DNA from: an uncultured Rickettsiales bacterium
GTDB taxonomy: Bacteria > Pseudomonadota > Alphaproteobacteria > Rickettsiales > SXRF01
Assembly (NCBI GenBank): GCA_964469525.1
Contig: CAYXYU010000003.1
Location: 33,185 to 97,184 of the forward strand
DNA length: 64,000 bases
Reading direction: 5' to 3'
Part shown: positions 20,146-28,609 of the stretch, piece after piece
How the letters are laid out: the number at the start of each line of letters is the position of its first letter
Position numbering within the stretch: position 1 is the stretch's first letter
The notes under the pieces: model-generated
The model's input: only the letters and a program-made list of their open reading frames with translations
What the model was told of the DNA's origin: nothing
The model's database searches: none
Translations under genes and position numbers: made by a program

Positions 20146-22866
20146 ATGACCGGAGGACTATCCACCGTTCTCAATAACGCACTGGCAGGACTGAACGTCA
20201 GCCAGCAGTCGCTGGCCGTGCTGTCGCAAAACATCGCCAATGTCAATACGCCCGGCTACAGCCGCCAGGTCATCAGCCAGAGCGCCGTTTATCTCGACGG
20301 GCAGGGCGCCGGCGTCAGCATTGCCGAAATCACCCGCAAGGTCGATGAATATCTCGCCAGATCCGTGCAGGGCCAAATGTCGGTGGCGGGCATGGCAGAG
20401 CTGATCAACGACTACAACACGCGCGTCCAGATCATGATGGGCCAGCCGGGCGCGCAGAACAGCATCGACAGCTACGTAAATAATTTCTTCAACGCGCTGC
20501 AGTCGCTGGCGCAGACGCCGCAGGATTCCACCCTCCAGCGCACCACGGTTAATGCCGGCGTCGCGCTGGCCAGCCAGGCGCAGCAGCTGGCGACGTCACT
20601 GCGTGATCTGCAGTTCCAGGCTGATCAGGATATCAGCAACGCCATCGGCATCATCAACAACAGCCTGGACAATATCGCCGCTCTCAATGTCACCATCAGC
20701 AACGCCCTGGCGGTAGGTCGCTCAGTGTCGGAACTGGAGGACCAGCGTGACCGGCTGGTGCGGGAGATTGCTTCCTACATCAACATCAGCACCTTCAGCC
20801 GTTCCAACGGCGCCATTAATATCACCACCGCCAACGGCATCTCCCTGCTCGACGACAACCGTTATCAGCTGAGCTATCATGCAGCCGGTTCAGCGGCGGC
20901 CTTCAGCAGCGAAACCGGGCTGGCACCGATCCTGCTGACGCAGGTCGACGCCAACGGCAATGCTCAGAATACGCCGATTGAGCTGGTATCAGGTGGCGTA
21001 TCCGCCGAGATTGTAAGCTCCCTGTCCTCAGGCAGGATGCAGGGATTGCTGATCATGCGCGACCGGCAGCTTCCGGCCATACTGGCGCAACTCGACGTGC
21101 TGGCGGCGAATCTCCGCGACCAGATCAACGCCGTGCACAACAAAGGCACCGGGTTTCCCGGCGCCAACAGCCTGACTGGCACCCGCCTGATCGGCGCGCA
21201 GGATTTCAGCCTGTGGAGCGGCAGCGTACGCATCGCCCTGCTCGATGGAAACGGGGAGCCGATTTCTTCCAACTACGGACACGAGGCGGACGGCATGCCG
21301 CCGCTCGTGATCGATATGGGGTCATTAAACACCGGCATCGGTGCCGGCAGCCCGACGGTGCAGGGCATCATCGACGTCATCAACCAGTATTACGGCGTGC
21401 CGCAGAACAAGGTGACACTGGGGAATTTGAGCGATATCCAGATAGTATCCAACAGCGCCAGCGTTCCCGGCTCGCCGGCGCAGTTCAGCTTTGATTTCAA
21501 TCTGACCAACCTGTCCGACCTGTCAGCGAACTTCTTCGTGACGGACATCCAGGTACTGGACAGCACCAGCACCGATATCACCTCGACCACCTCCACCATT
21601 CCCTCGGTGGATCTGGCCGCCACCAACACCTATGAGACCGCCAACGGCAGCACCACCGTCACTGTCAATACCGCCAGTGCGCACGGGTTTACCAACGGCG
21701 ACCGCATTTACCTATCCACACCGCCTGGCGGTCCTTACAACAATATTCCCGCCGCGGAGCTGGGCGGCTTCTTCACCATCGCCAATGTCACCGCCACCAG
21801 CTTCGAGATCACCGTCACCACCCCCGCCAACAGCGCCCTGCAGATCGACGTCGCGGCGCAGACCGCCATGCCGCCCTATAGCGATGTGGCGGCGGGTGAG
21901 GTGGGGCGCACCGGCGGCAGTGGGCTGATCACCGCCGATCTTTCCCTCAATCCCACCTCATCTTTCTATACCATTGTCGCCACGGTCGCCGTCGATGACG
22001 GGGAAGGGAATCTCAGCACATCGCAGATCCGCTATGTCGTCAATAACAACCAGCAGAATTTCTTCAACTCGCATATCTCGGCGAGCGCGGCGAACGGCAA
22101 CGGGGTGCTCGTCCTGCCCGCCTCCACCCAGGTGCTGGCGCGCGCCATGCTGGTCGATGCCGATGGCAATGAGCTCTCCAAGGTCAATGGGAAATACACC
22201 ACGCTGGAGAACGGCTACCTGAAGATTGTTACGAACAACAGCAGCTACAGCATCGCCATCGACAGCCTGGACAGCAATGAACTAGGCAAGCCGGGCGGGG
22301 TGCCGCCGACGCCGGCCAGCAACCGCGGCTTCTCGCATTATTTCGAGCTGAATAATTTCTTCGGCAGCAATCAGCCGGTCGGTGGCGGCGACACGCTGGC
22401 CGGCAGCGCCCTCAATTTCCGGGTCGAGTCGCGCCTGCAGACCAACCCCAGCCTGATTTCGCTCGGCACGCTCGTGCGCAGTTCGCACTCCTCGACCAAC
22501 GACCTGCCATACACATTCGAGCGTAACGTCGGCGATAACAGCATTATCCAGCAGCTGGCGGCAATCAGCGCGCAGACGGTTAGTTTTGCCGCCGCCGGTG
22601 GTCTGGGGGCCACCACCAAGACGTTCGCCAATTACTCGGGCCAGATCGTTGGCGAAGCTGCTGCGACCGCGGCGGCCGCTAAAGTAAATCACACCAACGC
22701 CCAGACGCTGCTCGACGGATTCAACAACCAGGCGTCGGCCATCAGCGGCGTCAACCTGGATACCGAGTTGGCCAATACGGTTATTTACCAGAATGCTTAC
22801 ACCGCATCGGCGCGCGTCATCACCGTGGCCAACACCTTGTTCGATACGTTGCTGGAAGCGGTCTAG
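20146..22866 (+). CDS. flgK: Hook-associated protein FlgK, enlarged (906 aa)
   Basis: QNIANVNTPGYSRQ and SGVNLDTELANTVIYQNAYTASARV. Confidence 0.94.
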   Translation: MTGGLSTVLNNALAGLNVSQQSLAVLSQNIANVNTPGYSRQVISQSAVYLDGQGAGVSIAEITRKVDEYLARSVQGQMSVAGMAELINDYNTRVQIMMGQPGAQNSIDSYVNNFFNALQSLAQTPQDSTLQRTTVNAGVALASQAQQLATSLRDLQFQADQDISNAIGIINNSLDNIAALNVTISNALAVGRSVSELEDQRDRLVREIASYINISTFSRSNGAINITTANGISLLDDNRYQLSYHAAGSAAAFSSETGLAPILLTQVDANGNAQNTPIELVSGGVSAEIVSSLSSGRMQGLLIMRDRQLPAILAQLDVLAANLRDQINAVHNKGTGFPGANSLTGTRLIGAQDFSLWSGSVRIALLDGNGEPISSNYGHEADGMPPLVIDMGSLNTGIGAGSPTVQGIIDVINQYYGVPQNKVTLGNLSDIQIVSNSASVPGSPAQFSFDFNLTNLSDLSANFFVTDIQVLDSTSTDITSTTSTIPSVDLAATNTYETANGSTTVTVNTASAHGFTNGDRIYLSTPPGGPYNNIPAAELGGFFTIANVTATSFEITVTTPANSALQIDVAAQTAMPPYSDVAAGEVGRTGGSGLITADLSLNPTSSFYTIVATVAVDDGEGNLSTSQIRYVVNNNQQNFFNSHISASAANGNGVLVLPASTQVLARAMLVDADGNELSKVNGKYTTLENGYLKIVTNNSSYSIAIDSLDSNELGKPGGVPPTPASNRGFSHYFELNNFFGSNQPVGGGDTLAGSALNFRVESRLQTNPSLISLGTLVRSSHSSTNDLPYTFERNVGDNSIIQQLAAISAQTVSFAAAGGLGATTKTFANYSGQIVGEAAATAAAAKVNHTNAQTLLDGFNNQASAISGVNLDTELANTVIYQNAYTASARVITVANTLFDTLLEAV

Positions 22867-22887
22867 CGGCGAGAAAGGAGATAATAT

Positions 22888-23793
22888 ATGGCGGTAGATA
22901 TTTTAGGCAGCCTCGCCTTGTTCCAGACGACGCTGAATAACGTTGCCAAGGTGCAGAACGACCTGACGCAGGCGCAGATCCAGCTGTCGAGCAACCAGAA
23001 GTCGCAGGACTTCGCCGGCATGGCGTCGGAGACGCAGCAGTATCTCGCACTCGATGCCATCGTCGCCAAGCTCGGCCAGTACCAGAACGACAACCAGATC
23101 GTGCTGTCACGCGTCAACACGACGAGCTCGGTGCTGGGCCAGATCATCGATTCGGCCAGCGAGCTGCAGAGCCTGATCCTGCAGCGGCGCAGCGGCACCT
23201 TCGATGAGGCATCCTTCGCGGTGCAGATGGACGGGCTGTGGCAGCAGATTGCCGGCCAGCTCAACACCAACATCGGCGGCAATTATCTTTTCGCCGGCAC
23301 CAAGAACAACATTCCGCCGGTGGATACGAATTTCCCGATTCTGGCGCAGGTCGGCGTGCCGGATGACCGCTATTACCGCGGCAGCACGGACGACCTCACC
23401 GTGCGCGCCGACGACAACGTCACGCTGACCTACAACGTACGCGCCGACCATGCCGGCTTCCAGAAAATCATCGCTGCCATCGCCACCGCCAAGCGCGGCA
23501 ACGACATCGGCAGCGACAGCTACCTGGCCGACGCGGTGGGGCTGATCGAGCAGGGGATACGCGAGGTCATATCGGCGCGCGCCACGGTGGACGCCACCAA
23601 GGTGTCGCTGCTCAATATCTCGCAGAACCAGCAGGCGCTGCAGCTCTACTGGAAGGGATTGCGCGAAAGCATCGGCAATACCGACATCGTGGCGGTATCG
23701 ACGCAGGTGGCGGTCAATCAGGGCATCCTGCAGGCGACGTTTCAGGCGTTTGCCAAGATCAGCTCCTTGCAATTGTCGAATTACTTAAGGTAA
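22888..23793 (+). CDS. flgL: Hook-associated protein FlgL
   Basis: Flagellin-like termini, GGNYLFAGT and SSLQLSNYL; follows flgK. Confidence 0.9.
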   Translation: MAVDILGSLALFQTTLNNVAKVQNDLTQAQIQLSSNQKSQDFAGMASETQQYLALDAIVAKLGQYQNDNQIVLSRVNTTSSVLGQIIDSASELQSLILQRRSGTFDEASFAVQMDGLWQQIAGQLNTNIGGNYLFAGTKNNIPPVDTNFPILAQVGVPDDRYYRGSTDDLTVRADDNVTLTYNVRADHAGFQKIIAAIATAKRGNDIGSDSYLADAVGLIEQGIREVISARATVDATKVSLLNISQNQQALQLYWKGLRESIGNTDIVAVSTQVAVNQGILQATFQAFAKISSLQLSNYLR

Positions 23794-23809
23794 ATAGGAG
23801 GGCGGACAC

Positions 23810-24301
23810 ATGGCGGCACCTCAACACCATCGGTCGGCATCGTTAACCACCACGATTTCTTCAGGCGTTGCAAGGATGGAAACCATCAAATCGCGTTTCG
23901 GCGATGTAACCGTAGATACCGAAAAAGCGTTGCAGTTTCCGCGCGGGCTGCTCGGCATGCCTGACCGGCTGCGCTTCGCACTGGCGCAGTTTCCCAACCC
24001 CAGGATGGGGCAGTTCATGCTGCTGCAGTCGCTGGACGACCCCGCGACCTCCTTTATTACCCTGCCGCTCGAGCTGCAGAACGCCATCCTGGCGCCGGAA
24101 GACGTCAAAAGCGCCTGCCGCGACCTGCAGATCCCCGAGCCGAACCTGGCGCTGCTGCTGATCGTGTCGGTGCACAGGAGTCCCGACCAGGTGCGGCTGT
24201 CGGCCAACGCGCGCGCGCCGCTTTTCATCGACGCCGAACGCCGTCTCGGCGTGCAATACGTGTTCCAGCAGGAGCATTACAAAGTCCAGCACATGCTGTA
24301 A
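23810..24301 (+). CDS. fliW: Flagellar assembly factor FliW
   Basis: SRFGDV...FPRGLLGM...LLQSLDDP...ANARAPLFID. Confidence 0.87.
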   Translation: MAAPQHHRSASLTTTISSGVARMETIKSRFGDVTVDTEKALQFPRGLLGMPDRLRFALAQFPNPRMGQFMLLQSLDDPATSFITLPLELQNAILAPEDVKSACRDLQIPEPNLALLLIVSVHRSPDQVRLSANARAPLFIDAERRLGVQYVFQQEHYKVQHML

Positions 24302-24314
24302 GTCTGTTTATGCT

Positions 24315-24379
24315 TGTCATCCTGAGCGAGCGAAGCGAGTCGAAGGATCTTAAGATCCCTCGGCAAGCTCGGGATGACA
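24315..24379. repeat. TGTC-tagged compound palindromic repeat (family II)
   Basis: TGTCATCCTGAG...CGAAGGATCT-TA-AGATCCCTCG...CTCGGGATGACA; related copy at 60895. Confidence 0.88.
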
Positions 24380-24383
24380 GCTA

Positions 24384-25559
24384 GTGACCGCCATCCTTCG
24401 CAGCCGATTCCTCTCGCAGTTCGCCTGCCTGGGTGAACGTTGCGAGGATACGTGCTGCAAAGGCTGGTCGATGCAGGTCGATGCAGCGACCATAGCGCGC
24501 TACCAAAAGGAATCCCCCGAATTGATGGATGCCGTCGAAGCGGTGCAGGAGTCGCCGTGGATCATGCGCAAGGACAAGGCGAGCGGCTACTGCGTCAAAT
24601 TTGATGGCGGCCTGTGCGGCATCCATAAGCAGCATGGCGACCGCTTCCTCGGCGATGCCTGCCATTTCTACCCGCGCTCAACGCGGAAGCTGGGCGACCA
24701 GGTGGTGATGACGGCCACCCTGTCCTGCCCGGAGGTGGCGCGGCTGGCCCTGCGTACCCCGGATGCCTGTGCGCTGGAAGCGGCGGAGACCGACCGGCTG
24801 CCGCACAGCCTCAAGGACTACCTGCCGGAAACCATTCCGCCAGCGGAAGCGATCAGTATTCATCAGGCATTCCTGACGGCGGCGGACGACGCGTCATCGA
24901 CCGCCGAGCAGATTTTCCTGCGCATCGCCAGTGCCAGCCGGTCGATCGAGTTGATCGCCAAAAAAGACTGGGCGAAGGCGGTGCCGTTTTACCTGAAGAG
25001 CACCGATCTCTACGCGCCGCCCGCCGAGACGAACCCGGCCGATCCGTTCAACCTGCTGCACGCGCTGGCCGGGCTGATCGTCGCCTCTCACAAGCCGATG
25101 CCGGAGCGGCTGCAGCAGACGGTCTCCGAGATGGAGCAGGCGCTTTCCGTGACGCTCGACTGGCCGCAGGTGCTGATCCACACCGGCGATGACAGCCTGC
25201 CGAGCTACCGGTGCCTGCGCGCGCTGTGGGAGCAGGAGGGGGCGGTGCGTCACGCGGCGGTGCTGCGCCGCTGGCTGCAGATGCAGCTGGCGCTCTCACT
25301 GTATCCTTTCGCCGGGCTGGGAGAAAGCTTAAGCGACCGCATCGCCATTCTCGGCGTCCGGCTGGCCACGGTGAAGCTCGCCCTGATGTGCGCCTGCTCC
25401 ATCCACGGCGCGAAGCTGCCGGAGGATACGGTGGTGCGCATTGTGCAGAGCCTGTCGCGTTTCCTCGATCATCTCGGCGACCCGGCCTTTTCGCTGGCTA
25501 TATATAAAGAGACGGGCTGGATCACGGACGCACGGATGCGGGGGTTGCTGGCGGGGTAA
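24384..25559 (+). CDS. fliB: FliB-family flagellin lysine-N-methylase
   Basis: FACLGERCEDTCCKGW, CGIH, CHFYPR and LSCPEVARL Cys pattern; flagellar context. Confidence 0.82.
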   Translation: MTAILRSRFLSQFACLGERCEDTCCKGWSMQVDAATIARYQKESPELMDAVEAVQESPWIMRKDKASGYCVKFDGGLCGIHKQHGDRFLGDACHFYPRSTRKLGDQVVMTATLSCPEVARLALRTPDACALEAAETDRLPHSLKDYLPETIPPAEAISIHQAFLTAADDASSTAEQIFLRIASASRSIELIAKKDWAKAVPFYLKSTDLYAPPAETNPADPFNLLHALAGLIVASHKPMPERLQQTVSEMEQALSVTLDWPQVLIHTGDDSLPSYRCLRALWEQEGAVRHAAVLRRWLQMQLALSLYPFAGLGESLSDRIAILGVRLATVKLALMCACSIHGAKLPEDTVVRIVQSLSRFLDHLGDPAFSLAIYKETGWITDARMRGLLAG

Positions 25560-25566
25560 GGTTACC

Positions 25567-25662
25567 CGTCATCACCCGAATCGGCGTAGCCGATTTCTAG
25601 GGTGATCCAGTTTGAATATAAACCTGATGGCTTAGAATTCCTGCGGAATTCAGGCCGTGACA
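25567..25662. repeat. Inverted doublet of CGTC-tagged REP-like units (family I, doublet A)
   Basis: CGTC-ATCACCC-GAATCGGC-gta-GCCGATTTC-TA-GGGTGAT-CCAG, then a reverse degenerate copy at 25623-25662. Confidence 0.88.
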
Positions 25663-25673
25663 AAGGAGAGGAT

Positions 25674-25976
25674 ATGCGCTGGGAATGTATCGCAGTCTAT
25701 ATTATGACGAACATGCGAAATGGCACGCTCTATATCGGCGTCACCTCGAATCTCATCCGCAGAATCTTCGAACATAAAAGCAATGCCGTCGATGGCTTCA
25801 CCAAGAAGTACGGTCTGCACACGCTGGTGTATTACGAGCTCTTCGACAGCATGGAAGCCGCTATCCATCGGGAAAAGCGCCTCAAAAAATATACCCGGGA
25901 AGCCAAGCTGGCGCTTATTGAGAACATGAATCCCGAATGGAAGGATCTGTATGACTCCATAGCCGTCATGGCCTGA
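25674..25976 (+). CDS. Small stand-alone GIY-YIG nuclease (100 aa)
   Basis: AVYIMTN...TLYIGVTSNLIRRIFEH...YYE...AIHREKRLK...NPEWKDL; RBS aaaggagagg before the ATG at 25674. Confidence 0.9.
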   Translation: MRWECIAVYIMTNMRNGTLYIGVTSNLIRRIFEHKSNAVDGFTKKYGLHTLVYYELFDSMEAAIHREKRLKKYTREAKLALIENMNPEWKDLYDSIAVMA

Positions 25977-25978
25977 CT

Positions 25979-26076
25979 CGTCATCCCCTGAATTTGCGCA
26001 GCAAATTCTAAGGGGATCCAGTAGCAAAGAAAGGCTGGATGGCCTTAGAATCGCTTTCGCGATTCAGGCCATGACG
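25979..26076. repeat. Inverted doublet of CGTC-tagged REP-like units (family I, doublet B)
   Basis: CGTC-ATCCCCT-GAATTTGC-gca-GCAAATTC-TA-AGGGGAT-CCAG, a 13-nt spacer, then CTGG-ATGGCCT-TA-GAATCGC-tttc-GCGATTC-AGGCCAT-GACG. Confidence 0.92.
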
Positions 26077-26165
26077 AAAGAGAGTAAAAACACAAAATTT
26101 ATTTCGAATATTTATGGTTTAGTTTCAATATAATAACCACTAAATCCTAAGGAGGTTCCGCCGTA

Positions 26166-26181
26166 TTAACCGGTCATTAAC
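26166..26181 (+). promoter_or_regulatory. CtrA-binding box upstream of flagellin
   Basis: Exact TTAA-ccggtca-TTAAC (TTAA-N7-TTAAC). Confidence 0.7.
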
Positions 26182-26278
26182 CATTCTCCCCGATAATGGG
26201 AAGTAATGTGGAATAAATCCCACAGTGTGAAAGCATGTAGCTTTCGGTTCATAACAAGTCCAAGTAGGAGACGATCCC

Positions 26279-27958
26279 ATGCCTAATTCAATCAACACCA
26301 ACATTGCCGCGTATTTCGCGCAGGCAAACATCGCGACTGCTGCCAACCAGGCCGCATACGCGGTGGCCCGCCTCTCGAGCGGTAACCGCATCGTACTGGC
26401 GTCCGACGACGTCGCGGCGCTCGCCATCGGTACGTCACTCGCCACGCAGGTGAGCGCGCTGCGTACCGCGCAGACCAACGCCGCGCAGGGTAACAGCCTG
26501 CTGCAGGTGGCGGACGGCGCGCTGGCGCAGATCCAGAACATTCTGCAACGCCAGAAAGCGATCGCGCTGCAAGCCGGTTCAGGCTCGCTGACCGATACCG
26601 ACCGCGGGTTCTTGAACCAGGAATTCCAGGCGCTGTCGACGCAGATCGATAACCTGACCCGCAGCACGACCTTCAACGGTGTGAACCTGATCGACGGCTC
26701 GCTGTCGGGCGCCAACCCGCTGGTGTCGGAAGACGCGGCCCATACTGCGACGGTTACCGGCTTTACGGCGCAGACTGGTATCACCGCCGTGGCATTCACC
26801 GATAACGCTACCGGCACGCTCGGCGATACCACCTTTTATGGCGATTTGTCGGAAGGCGTGTTCGAAGTGCAGTTCGACGGCGTCACTGGCTACAATATTA
26901 CCTTCAACCTCAACGGTTCGACCTATGTCGGTGTGGAAGCCGACATCAGCGGTACCGGCACCAGCATCGTGCTGACCAACGGCGAAGGTACGCTTACCTT
27001 CACCGTATCGGCTGACCTGACCGGTACTTATGCCGCTTCGGCTGCCGGCGCTACCTTGTTTGAAACGGCGCTGACCAACAGCTTTGCCGCGGCGACCGCT
27101 TTCTCGAACCGTGCGCTACAGGATGCTAACATTACTGTCGGTGCAACGGAAGTGGAAGGCACCGCCATTGAAGCGGCAGATACCAACGGCACCTTACTTG
27201 AAGGTATGGATGGTTCTGACATTACACTCCGTTCCGAATTCTGGAACGGCATCAACGCTCCGACCATTGCCAACTTCCAGGCCATTGGTGATAGCGGCAT
27301 CGGTATCAAGTTCTCGGTCGAAGTTGACGGCCGGACTTACATCACCGGCGCGCTGACCGATGCCACCGATTTATCCGCTGATGATATTCTCGGTGACGGT
27401 GCAGGTGTGATGACTTTCTATCTCGATGGCGATTCGACGGCGAATCCCAACGAGTTCATTACGGTTGCTCTGGCTAACTCGGTTCAGATCATTGACGTGG
27501 ATACGGATGAGAATGTCGCGGCCTTCCTGACCGACCTGAACCAGGTGTTCGGGCGCACGGGCGGCGGTCTGACCTTCCAGCTCGGCACCACGTCGCAGGA
27601 TGCAGTCGGCGTTTCCATTGCCAGCGCTTCCACCTCGGCGATTTTCGTGGGCGCGTCGCTCAGCGTCGATACCCAGAACAATGCCGAAACCGCCAGTACG
27701 GCGGTGACGGTGGCGATTGCGACCGTCACGGCCCTGCGCTCCGGCGTGGGTGCGCTGGAATCGCAGTTCGCCTTCGCTTCCGCCGCGCTGCAGACCAGCG
27801 TCCAGAACCAGGACGCCGCCCGCAGCCAGCTGCTGGAAACGGACATCGCGACCGAGTCCACCAACTTCGCTACGCAGCAGGTCAAGCTGCAGGCCGGTAT
27901 CTCTGTGTTGGCCCAGGCCAACCAGCAGCTCCAGGCCCTGCTGAAGCTGATCGGCTAA
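26279..27958 (+). CDS. fliC: Flagellin (559 aa)
   Basis: SINTNIAA...RLSSGNRI...DDVAAL and DIATESTNFATQQVKLQAGISVLAQAN. Confidence 0.97.
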   Translation: MPNSINTNIAAYFAQANIATAANQAAYAVARLSSGNRIVLASDDVAALAIGTSLATQVSALRTAQTNAAQGNSLLQVADGALAQIQNILQRQKAIALQAGSGSLTDTDRGFLNQEFQALSTQIDNLTRSTTFNGVNLIDGSLSGANPLVSEDAAHTATVTGFTAQTGITAVAFTDNATGTLGDTTFYGDLSEGVFEVQFDGVTGYNITFNLNGSTYVGVEADISGTGTSIVLTNGEGTLTFTVSADLTGTYAASAAGATLFETALTNSFAAATAFSNRALQDANITVGATEVEGTAIEAADTNGTLLEGMDGSDITLRSEFWNGINAPTIANFQAIGDSGIGIKFSVEVDGRTYITGALTDATDLSADDILGDGAGVMTFYLDGDSTANPNEFITVALANSVQIIDVDTDENVAAFLTDLNQVFGRTGGGLTFQLGTTSQDAVGVSIASASTSAIFVGASLSVDTQNNAETASTAVTVAIATVTALRSGVGALESQFAFASAALQTSVQNQDAARSQLLETDIATESTNFATQQVKLQAGISVLAQANQQLQALLKLIG

Positions 27959-27967
27959 GCGAAGGAG

Positions 27968-28022
27968 CTTTACGGAAAGCCCGGGGCGGGGTAGTTTTCC
28001 CGCCCCGGGTGATCCCGTAAAG
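27968..28022 (+). other. Long GC-rich hairpin between fliC and flaG (mRNA stability or termination element)
   Basis: cccggggcggg/cccgccccggg 11-bp stem, extended by ctttacgg/ccgtaaag; abuts the flaG RBS. Confidence 0.65.
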
Positions 28023-28030
28023 GAGGGTTT

Positions 28031-28396
28031 ATGGATGCCATAACCTTACTGCCGCCTGCCGTAAGCGTTCCGGTGCTTCCGCAACCGGCTTCTGCCCCGT
28101 CTATCCCCACCGGCGGTTCCCTGGTCAGCACCGAGTTGAAGCTGCCGGGATCGGGCGAAGCCAGCGTGGATGTGCAGTCGGTGGACCAGAAACGCTACGA
28201 GGCCGTGCGTGTGCGCTCCGAGGCGATCGCCAACGTCTTCATCGTCGGTGACCGGCGCTTCACCATCTTCAAGGATGTCACCGGTCAGTATATCACCCGC
28301 TTCACCAGCCTGCGCGACGGCCGGGTCACCTACATACCGGAGCCGCAACTGCTCAAGATGAGCCAGGGCGGGGAAGCGCTGAATATACGGGTATAA
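28031..28396 (+). CDS. FlaG-like protein
   Basis: Position fliC-x-fliD-fliS; C-terminal FTIFKDVTGQ...YIPEPQLL. Confidence 0.55.
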   Translation: MDAITLLPPAVSVPVLPQPASAPSIPTGGSLVSTELKLPGSGEASVDVQSVDQKRYEAVRVRSEAIANVFIVGDRRFTIFKDVTGQYITRFTSLRDGRVTYIPEPQLLKMSQGGEALNIRV

Positions 28397-28412
28397 CGGC
28401 ACGGTTTTTGCT
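28397..28412 (+). promoter_or_regulatory. Sigma54 promoter of fliD-fliS
   Basis: CGGCACGGTTTTTGCT (GG-N10-GC, near consensus). Confidence 0.7.
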
Positions 28413-28499
28413 TTCTGAATAGCAATGCAAAGGCATGGAATGCCTGACGCAGGGTGAAATGTAACCGCAACAATGCTATAATGGGACAATGAATTAATT

Positions 28500-28595
28500 C
28501 CCTCTCCCATGCAATGGGAGAGGGTTAGGGTGAGGGCACTTCGTCCCTTAAAGTAAGCGCCCTCACCCCGGCCCTCTCCCGCAAGCGGGAGAGGG
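28500..28595. repeat. CCCTCTCCC/GGGAGAGGG compound palindrome in the fliD leader
   Basis: CCCTCTCCCAT-gca-ATGGGAGAGGG ... CCCTCTCCCGC-aa-GCGGGAGAGGG; relatives at 41552 and 62567. Confidence 0.85.
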
Positions 28596-28609
28596 GGAAA
28601 AGAGGAGTC

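Noticed and set aside
25567-26076. CRISPR array from the clustered hairpin repeats
   Set aside because: The units are inverted and variable, have no regular unique spacers, and no cas genes are present.
26170-26197. Sigma28 promoter for fliC (CCCGATAA)
   Set aside because: The -10-like box is present, but no TAAA -35 lies at the expected 15-nt spacing.
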